Positions 11,477-24,224 of a stretch of DNA of 64,000 bases are shown here, piece after piece; within the stretch, counting starts at the first letter, position 1, and each line of letters begins with the position of its first letter. The notes beneath the pieces are model-generated. The model did no database searches and was not told the origin of the DNA. It worked only from the letters and a program-made list of their open reading frames with translations. The stretch is from the NCBI GenBank assembly GCA_905178155.1, contig CAJINV010000001.1, positions 6,295,860 to 6,359,859 of the forward strand, written 5' to 3'. The stretch comes from Amoebophrya sp. A120 (Eukaryota; Protista; Dinoflagellata). The position numbers and the translations under genes are program-made.

Positions 11477-12540
11477 AGTCTGGTTCTGGTGTAGAGATTC
11501 AACACCTACCTCTACCTGCGACAGCGACTACGTACGACTGGGGTTCGTACTTCTACTATTTGTATTTGTATAATTCCCTCCGCTGTCATAACCATATCGA
11601 AGGCGAAGGCTACGGTGGCATTTGCTCCAGTCACGCCAGGTCTTAGACTGAGTCGAACAAGCGCAAACTAACGTCGATGCGCCGGCAACATAAACTCTAT
11701 CTATCCCAATGAGCAGGAAACGAGAACGACGCACAGTGTGAGTGCATGCATCACTTCTCCTCATACTTAGTGCCGGTAGAGAAATAAAAAAACATCGACA
11801 TGAAGGTGCTTTTACCTTCATGGTGAAAATTTCGCGGTAATTCGCCGATCTTCGTTTAGATGACGAGAAGTGGAAATTCCAACAGTCGCTTGCAATTTGG
11901 AGAAATGGAGACGGACACGGAGAGCAACGCTCTACTTTTACGCGGCGTCTACGTAATAGCTCGTTGTTCATCTTCGCGTTGGTCTATCATGAGCAGATAA
12001 AAAAGGTGATGAACATGAAAATCGTGCCAAGTAAAGGAAGTGGAAAGTATTTTCGGGGCATTAAACTATCATAATCATTCCACACATTTCACGATCAGTA
12101 TCTATACGCTTTTGTTTTTCCCGCATCGAGAGCGAACAGAAAGTCTTTTATCTGAGAAAGAAATATACTAGGAGAGTGCCTATTCTCTAGGAAGCAGCAG
12201 CAGAGTGCCTCGATTCACTTCCTGTGGTAATTATACTGGTCTAAGTAACGACTCTGACATTCATCGGAATACTTCCTTGTTGACTCATTACCTTTACAGC
12301 ACGACAACTTACGCCACAATTGTCATGCTTAAACATCAACCAGCACAGAGAGTCACACTAATTTGCCCACCCTTCATGTTCATCGCTTTCGATTGTCCTA
12401 ACGTGCGGTTTACCAGCTACACCTACAACAGTAGAGATGATTGAGTACGATTTCGCATCAGTAATAGTAGTTTAGTTCTGTTACTAAAACTACCTCGTTG
12501 CTCAACATTACTTAGCCGGGTCACAAATCACTATAAAAAA

Positions 12541-14232
12541 ATGTCATATTTTTGGATGGGGGATGGCACCCACAAGGTGCCCTTCTCCATGCACCGGCGG
12601 CATCGGGAGGAGGTCGCGCGCAAAATTCGTGAAGAGCATCCGGCAGTTAAGGGTACCAGAACGTTCCTGCTGATGAAGGGTGGTGGCGAGCAGTCACTAT
12701 ACGACACCGATACGACGTGGGACTTCCGGCAAGAGGCTAACTTCCAGTATCTCTTCGGCGCCAAGGAGCCGGGACTCTGGGGCGGCATTGACATCGACAG
12801 CGGAAAAGGCTACCTCTTCATCCCCAAACTCGACGAAATCTACGCGACCTGGCTAGGGCCCATTCGAACGAAGGAGCACTTCAAAAATTACTACGAGGTG
12901 GAGGACGTTTTGTATCTGGACTCGGAGGAACTGAAAGCGTTTATGCACAAGCACACCCGGGGCATTGTGACTCCTATTGGAACGAATCTCGACTCCGGAT
13001 CTCGCTCATTCAACGAGCACTCAAAAGCAACGTTCATGAAGGAGAATTCCCTTTCGCCGCTAACGACCGCAAGCGAGCACTTCTCCAGCATCGTCTGGAC
13101 GGTGCTGAACGAATCCCGTGCAGTAAAAGACGCCGACGAGATCCGCATCCTGGAGTTCGCGTGCAAGGTGAGCGCGCAGGCTCACATCGCGGTGATGAAG
13201 AAGGTGTACCAAACGCACACGAACGAGGTGCTCTGCGCACCCTCCACCTCGCCCACGCACCGGCCGTGGCCGGCCATGCAGATGGTCAAGAGCAAGGAGT
13301 ACTTGTCCGAAGCGGAATTTAAGTACCAGTCCTTCCTCCGCGGCTGCGCCCGGGTGGGCTACACCTGCATTTGCCCCTCGGGCGAGAACAACGCCGTGCT
13401 GCACTACGGACACGCGGCGGAGCCGAACATGGAGGACGTGCAGTCCGGCGAGATGAAGCTGCACGACATGGGGGCCGAGTACCACTGCTACACCTCGGAC
13501 ATCACGGTGAGTTTCCCCGTCACGGGGAAGTTCACGGACGCGCAGCGACGCATCTACTCCGCCGTGTGGAGCGCTGTGCAGGCGGTGGAGCGGCGGCTGC
13601 GGCCGGGCGTGCGGTACGGCGACATGCACAAACTCGCGCAGCGCACGCTGCTGCACAGTCTGAAGGGCTTCGTGTTTCTCGAAACCGCCGACGTGGAGGA
13701 AATGATGAAATATGACCTGGCGGGGTTCTTCATGCCCCACGGCCTGGGCCACATGCTGGGGCTGGCGGTGCACGACGTGGGCGGGTACGTGCCGGGGGAG
13801 AGCCGGAAAAACTACCCCGACATAAAGCAGAACCTGCGACTAAACCGGGAGCTGAAGGAAAACATGGTGCTCACCGTGGAGCCCGGGTTCTACTTCATTC
13901 CGCACTGCATCCGCCAGGTATTTCAGGACGAGGGGAAGAAAAAGTTCATGAAAATGTCGGAGGCGACACTCCTGCAACAGATGACCAAGGAGGTTGGAGG
14001 CGTACGCATCGAGGACAATGTGCAGATAACAAAAACGGGCTGCCGCGTGCTGCACACCACGCCGCGCGAAATCGAGGAAATTGAAGGGGTCATGCAGGGT
14101 AAGTTCGAGTGGGACTTTGAAGTCGAGTGCCTGCGGGAATACAACGGAGCCGCGGGTGGCGGCAGCCCCATGGCGAACGGTGGGGATCACGGTGGGACGC
14201 CCTCCAAGAAACAGAAGACTTCCAGTGCGTAG
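12541..14232 (+). CDS. PEPD: Xaa-Pro dipeptidase (prolidase, M24B)
   Basis: FRQEANFQYLFG N-domain; metal ligands in HDMGAEYHCYTSDIT, PHGLGHMLGLAVHDVGG, TVEPGFYF and GGVRIEDN. Confidence 0.95.
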   Translation: MSYFWMGDGTHKVPFSMHRRHREEVARKIREEHPAVKGTRTFLLMKGGGEQSLYDTDTTWDFRQEANFQYLFGAKEPGLWGGIDIDSGKGYLFIPKLDEIYATWLGPIRTKEHFKNYYEVEDVLYLDSEELKAFMHKHTRGIVTPIGTNLDSGSRSFNEHSKATFMKENSLSPLTTASEHFSSIVWTVLNESRAVKDADEIRILEFACKVSAQAHIAVMKKVYQTHTNEVLCAPSTSPTHRPWPAMQMVKSKEYLSEAEFKYQSFLRGCARVGYTCICPSGENNAVLHYGHAAEPNMEDVQSGEMKLHDMGAEYHCYTSDITVSFPVTGKFTDAQRRIYSAVWSAVQAVERRLRPGVRYGDMHKLAQRTLLHSLKGFVFLETADVEEMMKYDLAGFFMPHGLGHMLGLAVHDVGGYVPGESRKNYPDIKQNLRLNRELKENMVLTVEPGFYFIPHCIRQVFQDEGKKKFMKMSEATLLQQMTKEVGGVRIEDNVQITKTGCRVLHTTPREIEEIEGVMQGKFEWDFEVECLREYNGAAGGGSPMANGGDHGGTPSKKQKTSSA

Positions 14233-14780
14233 TGGAAGACCGACGTGGATTGCTCTTTGAACCCCCACGAACATAAAAATCACTTTGACTTCTCCTGCTT
14301 TCGCCTGTCTTTCTATGGCATCGGTTGTATGCGCGTTCCGATGCTAGCGATGCATAACAAGATTTGTTGAAGACAAGGAACACTTTTTCAACGACGAGAA
14401 AGAAGTTGCAAGAAAACGGTGTCTCCACCGAAGACAGAAACAGCGTTTGAGCAATATTATCGAGTCACCATATGGCAGAATGGCTGTGTAAAATATGGAC
14501 AGCGGGACTTTGTTCGCAGAAAAATCCTGTTGCAATGCATCAAATGCGCCCAAATGTAAATAATGCGCGAGCCTGTGGTAGATGGTTCGTGGTTCAGATA
14601 CAAAGCAAGGTTCACAGAGAGATGTGGTTGTTTCTTGAAATCTTGTTCTAGAAGAAAAGCAGCAATAAAAGAACTACAATCTTCCCTGAACGAAAAAGTC
14701 ACTGTGAGTGCTTTGACTGCGTTCCATTTTGTTCTTCTGCTTGCGCCGACGTTCAGCGCAGCTGCGGTCTGTCGACCACA

Positions 14781-15586
14781 TGCACATGCAGGACGGCGGT
14801 AGCTCTTTTCAAAAGACCAAGACGCATGAAGCTGCGGCGCAATGGAGTCCACCAAGAAACTACGGTAAGATGAAGGAGGAGCAGATCCAGAACCGAGATC
14901 GGGGTGTCTTGTGTTCAGGCACGATAGGATCAACTTCAGCTCTGAAATCGCGAGTTAAGCGATGCGGTGTCTTCATTGCCGTTGCGTTCACGAGCCCACC
15001 AGTAACCGGCCTGCTTCTTCTGAGTCTTAGTCTCTCTGCCATTGGAGCCAAGTGCTTGTGGAGGGAATCTCATCCCGAGCACTGGTTTCCCTACTTCCTC
15101 CTTCTCGGCGGTTTTTGTGGGGTGTGGCTCTGGTACCATGGAGTGCAAAGCCTGCTTCAGCTACAGCGGAATGAGCAGCTGGAACAGCGGCGACGAATCG
15201 TTAGGTCGCAAGCAGAAGCGGGAGCGAAAAGATCTCTCGCAGCAAGACGCTCCTCGGAACGGGTGGAACGAGGCCAAATGCTGCAGCAGGCACAAAATAA
15301 CGATCGTGCTCCAGCTAAACATTCCGATAGCTACGGACCGTCGCAAGTACCATGTCCATTCGAGCAGGAGCTTTCGACAATCGAGAGTTCAGTGCCGTCT
15401 ATGACTAATATGTCTGCTCCGTCACTGAGAAAGAGTCCTTCTGCAACGAATAAAGGCACCCACCACCTTGGGAACAAGACGCTGCTGAAAAGCACCTCTC
15501 CGAATGCTCTGGATCATGGTGTTGGTGTAGGTCATCTCGGCCAGCAGCTGTCCTTCGATCGCGACTACAAAAAAGACTTCAAGTAG
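14781..15586 (+). CDS. Hypothetical membrane protein (2-3 TM helices); start uncertain
   Basis: Open frame with hydrophobic segments (GVFIAVAF...LLLLSLSL; WFPYFLLLGGFCGVWLWY) followed by a coiled/low-complexity tail. Confidence 0.55.
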
Positions 15587-16287
15587 CGAGTGCTACGCTC
15601 ATTGGTTCGTCTACTTCGCAAGCAGATGAATGACAGTCCGAACGTACGTACTAAGTACTTTACACTTTGACGTTATTAACTTGCAAATCCAAACCCAAAT
15701 CGACGCCTTTTTCTGCTCGCATTGCGCCGTTCTCCATAGAACGCACTGCAGCAAACGCAAAGTCATGCTCCTGAAGGTAGAAGCGCTTTTTCGTTTTGCA
15801 ACACCCAGCAAAACCTGTCGAGTAGATCAAGTTGAACTTGAAGGCAAATTATAACAGTTTCTTTGGATCCTCTTCAATTACCTTATTCGTGCGCATTCGC
15901 TAGAGCTTGAAGATTTTTCCTGTTTGTGGATCTTCGAGTGTAGTACGCAATGCCAAAGAAAACCGGTTTTGTCCAAGCTCTATTCCCACCGTGCGCCTTT
16001 CTCCATGGTCACGGTGGACGCCCATGCATGGATACATATCAACAACATGCCTCGTCTGCTCTCTACTGCGATCAGTGAATGAAAAGAATCTGGATGTTGC
16101 CGCTCCTCCTTCTAGCTTCCGAGAAATTTGCTGAAACATTTCCACTAGCTTCAAGCGGGTGGCTTTCGTGTAAGTCCACTGGTGGCCTGTTCGCTGTCGA
16201 GCTCACATCATTTGGCCACTTTCCTCCATGATTTAGTTTGAAACGTTACCTGAGTATAAGGTGCGGTAGAAGTGTTGCGTTAACACC

Positions 16288-17475
16288 ATGATGCGTGCGG
16301 TAGTTGTTGAAAATGCCAAGGCCCCCGTGAGGGAGGCTATGCGCGTGGTCGCCAACTATCCTCGCCCAGAATTGACTCCGAGCCATAATGTGCTGGTAAA
16401 AGTGCACTACACCGCGGTCAACCGCGCAGACCTGATGCAACGACAGGGCAAGTACCCACCACCACCGGGTGCTTCGAGTGTCTTGGGTCTCGAATGCAGC
16501 GGTGAAATCGTGGAAGTCGGCACACAGAGCTCAGGTACGTACGACCACTCAGTCGCACAGGTGGCGTTTTTGCTAGAAGAACTCAGAATAACGTGCAGAT
16601 AGTGTGGTCGCAGCTGAAGGTCATTTTTCAAAAAATCCCCTCAAACACTCATCGATCTTACCACAACAGCGCCGTCCCGCAGCTCCAAATGGAAGCCTGG
16701 CGACCGGGTGATGGGCCTGCTCGAAGGCGGCGGCTATGCGGAGTACGCCGCCTGCGCCCCGGGCAGCTTGATGCGGGTCCCGGACAAGTGGTCCCTCGAG
16801 CAGGCCGCGTGCGTGCCCGAAGTGTGGCTGACCGCGTACCAGTTGCTCCGCAAAGTCGCCAAAACACAGCCGGGGGACAACGTGTTGCTCCACGCTGGCG
16901 CCTCGGCGGTGTCGCTCGCCGCAATCCAACTGGCGAGGCACGTGCTGCAGGCCAAACACGTCACGGCCCTTACGCGGTCAGCGCGAAAGCTGGACCAGTG
17001 CAAGCAAATGGGTGCGGACGAGGCGTTGCTGCGCGAGGACTTCTTCGCCAACTTCCGCACCGAAGACGCGGAGGCGAAAAATGCGCTGACGAAGTTTGAC
17101 GTCGTTTTGGACCCTGTTGTGGGCGAGGACTTTTTCACGTGCCTGTCGGAAGCGACGAACCGGGACGCGCGGTACGTCGTGTACGCCGCGATGGGGGGGC
17201 CGAAAGTGCCGGATTTCAACTTCGGTCCGGTATTCCGCAAGTCGTTGTCCATTTTGACCTCGACCCTGCGCGCCCGGTCGGTCGACTACAAGGCGGATTT
17301 GATCGAGATGTTTGAGGAGGAGGTGCTGCAACCCTTTTTGGTGGATGCGGGGAGCAAGGCGGAACTGAATTTGGACACGGTCCTGGCACTGGACCAAGTC
17401 GCGGAAGCGCACGAAAGACTTGAAAGCAACGACACGGGCGGAAAAATTGTTTTGAAGGTTGCGGCGGAAGAGTGA
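16288..17475 (+). CDS. NAD(P)H quinone oxidoreductase, PIG3/zeta-crystallin (MDR) family; 2 exons, GT-AG intron 16535-16669
   Basis: [64 protein letters not shown]; gtacgt...caacag splicing keeps the frame. Confidence 0.92.
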
Positions 17476-18075
17476 TCACATTATACTTAGCTATGAGTCG
17501 TGGTTAGACGCCAAACAACTCAAATTGGAGAATGCATTCGGAATGCATTTCGCTGGACTCGGTGTGTTGAAATGGAGCAGGTGATCCCAGCACGCAAATC
17601 AATACGCTGCGCCCCTCTGACCTTTCTAATGTCCGTAATGCAGATCTTCGGAGGTCGAGGTGTAGCGTCGCTCACTTTGCTAGAACACTACTCATGGTAG
17701 AAGAAGAACTGGACCTGCACCTGACTCAGAGCATTACTAGGCAAGGAGTGAGTTGGCCTTGCCACACACGCAAAAATGACAATCGTTCGAAGTGCGAGTG
17801 AGGAGCCAGACTCTTGTTTCTCGAGTGAGCGAGTTACTGGTCTAAAAAATGAGTGTAGTTCCTTTTCCTTCTCCTTGCCTCTGCTTTAATAGTGTATCTG
17901 TCGGAGCCGGAAGTTAACGACTTCAACAAGCTATGCGATTGGCCGTTATCGTTAGACGAGGAAGTCTACTCATGATCGGAGTTTTGTAACGCCTTTCTTG
18001 ATTTGCCTCAGCGGCTACGCCTTTACCCCTTTTTACTTTTTTGAAGATCGGCTAAAGAATACAAGCTGAAGCAAG

Positions 18076-21000
18076 ATGCAGCCTACACGTCGTCGTTCGG
18101 GGGGTGTGGAGGCTTTGTTGCAAAGCGGGTCGCAGAGTCTAGATGCGCGCGACTTGGGGGACCAGCAGAGTTCGCGACGCGGCGCAGGAGCGCGCGGTAG
18201 CATTCGAAAGGAGTCTTATGCACCCGCCAAGGGAGCGGCTGGAAGTGGAACAAGCTCAAGCTCCAAACCAACGAAATCGAACGGAGGCACCTCGAGTGGA
18301 GTTGCAGCTGGACCCACGGCAGGTGGGGCATCTAGCACAAGTAGTACGAAAAGCAGCTACAAAACAAGCACCAGCGGAACTTCCGGTACAGCAGCGGCCG
18401 TGCCTAGTACTGGGAGCCATGGCGGTGCCTCGACGACAGCATCCACCTCGTCGCAAAGAAACAAGCAGGGCAGTGCGATGTCTGCTTCCACACAGAAGAT
18501 CCTTAGCAACGGGAGGACGAAATTCACCGCGGAAGATTTTCGTGTTGGTGCAGATTGGTGGGACCCGCTTGCGGACCTGCACAACAAGAGCATGCTGAAC
18601 GCGATGCAGACCCGGCATTTGGAGTGGGAACGCCTGCGCCAGATGTCCAAACAGGAAGAACAGCGGGAAGCAGGCGGCACAGCAACTGGTGCCTCGTCGC
18701 GCAAACCCGGCGGTGTCAGAAGCAAATTGCAGCAGGCGGTTGACGAAGCCTCGTCGTATCGCGAAGACGATGTAGAGACGGGAGATGTTGACGTGACGAC
18801 CTCTACGGAGATTGGCGGAGGTGCTTCCTCATCCGCTTCCTCAACTGTCGGGGCAGCAGAACCGCAGCAAAAACCGGATGCTGCGACGAAAACTTCGCAG
18901 CAGAAGAATTTGAACCACCTGCGCATGGGAATGGACGGGCCGAGACTTCCACCGTCGCAGCAGCACGGAAGCGACGTTCCCACGGCGAATTTCGCTGCAA
19001 CGACTTCATCTACGGCTTTCACGCAAGGAGCAAACGGTGGCAGAGCTGCACCAAATCTCGTCTCGTCGACAGGATCAACAGCAGCGCCCTCTTCGTCACT
19101 TGAAGTGGGTCGCTACACGAGCAATCAAAGTGGTGGATTTGGTTCGTTGCAACCCGAGGGGGGGCACATGATCGTAGAGCGCTGGCGCAACCGCGTTGCT
19201 CCGGATTCCGCAACGAGCAGCGTCGCCTACTTCGGACGGAGCGGTGGCGGCAGCATGAGTGCGGGCGGCGGCGGGATTGGAAGCAGCCTGCCGGTGGGCG
19301 AAAATACCGCGGCACTGCAGCGCTTGAAGACCGTGTACGGAGGCGGTGGTGCCTCCGCGAGCAGCTCCTCCACGGCCGGCGCTGCTACCACGAGCAACGA
19401 GGAAGATCAATGGCACCAATTACCGCGCGAAGCCGTGGACGCGATCGCGCGCTGGAAGGTGGGCGGCTTGCCAGGGCGCGTTTGCCTGTTGCAGGTGCTT
19501 GACAGCGTTTTTGGACAAGAAGCGGACGATGCCCAAATGCTGTCCACCGATCAAGAGAACAGCCGCAACCAGGCCCAGGAGGACCAACAAATTGACCCGG
19601 AGGAAAGTGAAGCACGGGCGCGCTTGTTCGATGAGTTCTTTTACAAAAGAAACAGCCACAATGCGGAATCTGCGAGTGCTTCAAACAAAGATCCGTCCCC
19701 ACTACTCCGCGCACTTTCGACCAGCACGGGACTCGGAACAAACGCCGTGTCGGCACAAAAATTTGTGTACGATCGCGTCTTCGCGCACCCACCAATGGAA
19801 GCTTTGGAGTTTGCCCTGTCGCTGGTGAAGAAAGCCGCTTTGCACGCCGACGCGCTGTGTCTTGCATTCCGCCAACTGCAGCTGCAATTGCAAGCAAGGC
19901 CGTTTCGAGAGCGACTGTTGGTGCAGATCCTGGCAGAACTGGTCCGGCTCCACCTCTCATCAAGTGGCCCACCAACAATGGGCAGCTTCACCAGTGGCGG
20001 GGCCACGTCGAGCGGTGCCGGCCCCCGTTCCACCGAGTGGACCGACCATGCGGTATGCGATCTGCTGTCTGCGGAGCTCGGGCTGTCGCAATACACCGTC
20101 GATCCCGGTGCCCGTGGCGCACTGAACAACCCCGGCGCACGGACGACGACCCAGAACCGCTTCCGCTTCAGTTCGTCCGGCGATATGCAACATCTAGGCA
20201 CAACTACCGGCACAACGAACGGCCTGGGCGGAACATCAACGGCCGCAAACGCGTCGTCCTCCATGCAGCGCACGGTGCGCGGAGGTACGTTTAACACCCC
20301 GGGCGTTGCGGACAACAACCCGACGACTAACCGGGCTGCCCGCACGCTGAGCAACGCCTCGGATCACCTGCTGGATAGCGCGGTTTCGCTGGAAAAGCTC
20401 CGGGTGCAGAACGCCCATCTGGAGTCCTACGTGATCAAGGCCGCCCGGATCCGCGACGATCTGAAATCCACGTTGGAAACGCTGGAGAACGTGGACGCCT
20501 ACGCGCTTCTCGGTTTACAGAAGGAAACAGCGACTCTGGAGGACGCGAAGAAGGCCTTTCACAAGCTGGCGCGGACCGCGCACCCGGACAAGGGCGGTGA
20601 TCCCAAGGCGTTCCAGGCCATTCAACACGCCTACAGCACGATACAACGGAGCAAAGCGGCGTCCGGGGCGGACCACAAAATCGAGCTTTCGAAGGAGGAC
20701 GGCGCGTGTCTGGAGCCCGAAGAACTCGAACACAAGCTGGGGCAGGTGCGGATCCTGGAAGGTAAGTATGGGCAGTGCAACGGCAGCGAGCACATAAAAA
20801 ATATTTTTTGTTTTTCTTTTTGCAGCGTTTGATCGCGGCGAGGGCCGGTTTTGGTTCGAGCGGAAGTGGTTTTGGTTTTCCTTATTTTTCTAGCATATCT
20901 TTCATTCTGTGTTTTATGTTTATCGACTTTTCATCGTTTCCATCTGATGTCCGTATGGGGACACCATCTCCGCACGACAAACCTTTTCGCAGAGCAGTTA

Positions 21001-23041
21001 AAGGCCGCGAGGACTTACTGCACGGAAGCTTCCGAGCGTGCCGACATCTGTGCGGACATTGCGCACCGGATACGAAACATATCTGGTTCTCGGTCCAAGA
21101 ATTTTCGGCAGTTGCGTGCGGAGCTGGTCAACGAGCTGGAGCTTTGCGCACGGCTGCGGACCTTCTTCTCCCAAACAGCCAGATCGGCGCAATTCGTGGC
21201 GAGGCTCGCTTCACAGGCCATGACGCATTTGGGAAAGGCCACCGCTGGGGAGGATACCGATGGTGCGACAGGGGGGCCAGAAAAAATCGACCAGGATAAT
21301 GCCGTGCTTTGCGAATTCGTACATTTCTGTTTTCCTTCTCCTCTTTACATTTTCAGTGTTTTTCCGATGCGCGAGATGGTTTCCTCAGCGACAGGGCGGT
21401 GCTCTTGTTATCGTTCCTGTACTTGCGTATAAGAGGTACGTGGCTGACCCTGATAGTGGTGCTCCTGCGATTCAACAGGTGAACGCCGCCGCACTGAGCG
21501 ATCGCATCCGCATCTGCCGTGACGCGGCCTCCAGCTGCTTGGTCATGTCCGATAGCCTGGAGAAGATCCGCAGCGCCGTGGTGGCGACGGTCGACAAGGT
21601 CGAAAAGATATCGGACCCGAGTGGCAGCGGCAAAACGCAAAGTGACCGCATGGGCAAAAAGTTGCTGGTGTCAAGTTCTGAGCGGGTAGAGCAAACGGGC
21701 CGACGGGCAGCGGACGAAGCAATCTCCTGTGCGATGAAAGCCTCCGATGTCGTTAAGGGCATGGTATCTGCCCCCTTTTGAATGGAGCGCATGTGTGTAA
21801 CACGCATCAGGTTTTTTTAATTTTTGCGGGCGAGTCAGCACGACTCTTTGTTTGAAAGCGAACATCAAGGTCTTCAATATCAATTTGAACGCAAAAAAAG
21901 TTGTGCGGCTGCTATGCTGCAAGTCGTCGTTTCACTTTTTGATGATTTTGAATTTGATCGTATACCACATCAATGCCTCGGCAGAGCGCCCTGCTTCTTG
22001 AGATGCGGGACCGGTTGAAGCGCGCAAACAAGCCCAGCGAGCCCACGGCGCCGGACGAGGGGAGCAGCGCAGAAGACGATCCCGACCGGTCGAAGTCGAA
22101 AAAGAGCGGTGACGAAAATAACGACTCCAGCTCGAACGAAAAGAAACTGGAGGCCACCACCAACCGACTGCGGGAACGGCACCTCGTGTTGCGCGGCAAG
22201 AACCTCAGCTTTCTTTCCCAGATCAACGACGAAGCCCGGGACTGGCAGGGAACTCTGTTCAGCCTGGCCAGCGGGCGCATGGAGATCCTGGAGAAAGAGG
22301 AACTCGTGTGCCAACTCGTGGAAATCTTCGACGTCGCCCTCTTCGATCTTGCGCACGAGCGCGGCGAAATCACGCAAGCAAAGTACTTATGTCTTTTAAT
22401 GTTCTACTGGCATGTCGGCAACAGCTCCAGAATGACGTTCAGCGGAATTCCGAAAAAATACATAGAGATTTCTATGGCCTGATGAATGTTCGAGAGTGCC
22501 AAGAAACTGTAAAACCACTTCGTTTACGTCCTACTTAAACACCTGGTCAGAGAAGCGTCTCCCTCTCCTGTGATCAGTTTGCTCGCGGCAGCAACATCAT
22601 ATTTTTCCTCTTTAAGTTTAATTTCTTGAAAAATTTAGGTTGGAGAAGCATCTGACTTTCTTGTTGCAGCTGGACTCGCGACTGGCGGTGCCGACGGATG
22701 TGCGCTCGAAGATTTGTCTGATGGTGGCCTATGCCGATCGGGCGCTCTTCGTGCAGCTGCTGGAAGTCCTTCGTCGGAAGCTGATGCAGATTCTAGTAAC
22801 CAAACGCAAAGCGGCCGTCACCTCCGCTTCCAGTCAGAGCAACAAAACGCAAATCCGGGATTGGCTAGCTACTGCGTTCCAGCGGGTACATGCGAATCTC
22901 CGTGGATTTCTCACCGTCGCAGGGTGCAACTTGGAAGAGGAGGAACAAGTAGCAACATTCCCGACGACCAGCATGGCAGCTGGGGCTGCTACCATGGATA
23001 TGACAAACCACCACTCCTCAGGACAAGAAATTTACCTCTGA
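18076..23041 (+). CDS. Large low-complexity protein with a DnaJ (J) domain; ~5 exons (introns 20762-20992, ~21319-21433, 21764-21984, 22383-22638)
   Basis: J-domain DAYALLGL...AKKAFHKLARTAHPDKGGDPKAFQAIQHAY with HPD; the downstream ORFs join in frame through GT-AG pairs (second intron boundary ambiguous). Confidence 0.8.
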
Positions 23042-24224
23042 TGAGAGAAGTACTCGGTGTTCCGATCCTCTCTACATTCCGCAGCTTCTCCTTTGAATTT
23101 TTGAAAACAGAAAAGCGTGGGTATACGTAGATACTAGGCTCATGTGGGACAACTGCAATCCGACGTTCATGATGGGCGCGATGAACGTCAACGTTCGTTC
23201 GTAAGTACAACTAGCTTCACGAGGAATTGTTGACTCAACCCTGCTACACGCATTTGGACGAGTCAAGAGTGGAATGTTCGGGTAGTCGCGCAGACAGAAT
23301 TGGATAGAGCCAAACTTTCGTGCTTGTTCGGAATTGCACAAGCGCCTTTTTCAGAAGCACTCGCGTTTCATCTGTTCTTCCAATAGTGCCACGAGCTGAA
23401 GAAGCGAAGCTTTACGACGGCTTGGCTTTCTATTGTACTGTGCAGATGAAGCACCAGACGTCAACATCCCTTCTATTGCGGCAGTGCGCTTTTCCAAGAA
23501 GTAGAACGTCGGGCTTGCAACCGGTGGTCTGGCTACATCGAATCGGTGCTGTTGGTTCATCATCGATTTTGTTTGCGAACACTTAGTCGAGGCATCGGGA
23601 GTTCCACCTTTGCCTACTTTTTTTGGCACGTCGGTAAGGTGCACACGACGAATGAATATTGACACAACGACCAATAGCATCCTTCTGTTTCTACGTTGGT
23701 GTTGCATTCTGGGAATCGGTTGTTTGGTGCTGCTGCCGCTGGTGCTTCGGTCCTACCTTGTTTCTTTGGGAAGATTTGTCGACATCGGTTGCGATGTGGA
23801 TGAAGATCGAGAAGCGCGATCATTTTAAACGTGGAGATATAGCCGAAACATATGTAGTAGAAATTGTTGATGTATGAAAACATCCCAGGCTTATGCTTAC
23901 GCTTACCCGGATTTTTGATAGAAGTTAAATATAAGACAAATACAACCATTCTTCAGAATCAAAACGACTTAGCCATCCTCGTCGCCCGCACCCAGTCCCG
24001 ACGCTCCTAGTTCCTGAGTTTGCAGTGATTGCGCACCTCGCGTTCTTGCCAGCACGAAAAGCGTCCTAGAATTGTTTCCTCCAGGCGACATTTTCGTTCG
24101 ATCGTTATCACCACGAGGTCTGGAGGCTGTCGACCCTGGTTTGCCGTTTCAACAGACATAAATTACTGCTGATAGATCCAACAATCGTAAATTTAGACGA
24201 CCAAGTACAAGCATAGCGAAGATC

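Noticed and set aside
16528-16685. AGCTC direct repeat around the quinone oxidoreductase intron, suggesting another introner
   Set aside because: No TAT/ATA ends or inverted arms, and a frame-preserving canonical gtacgt...caacag intron (16535-16669) explains it.
21318-21441. cgt repeat and weak tac...gta symmetry at DnaJ-gene intron 2
   Set aside because: Complementarity is marginal and a GT-AG solution (21319-21433) exists; unresolved without cDNA.
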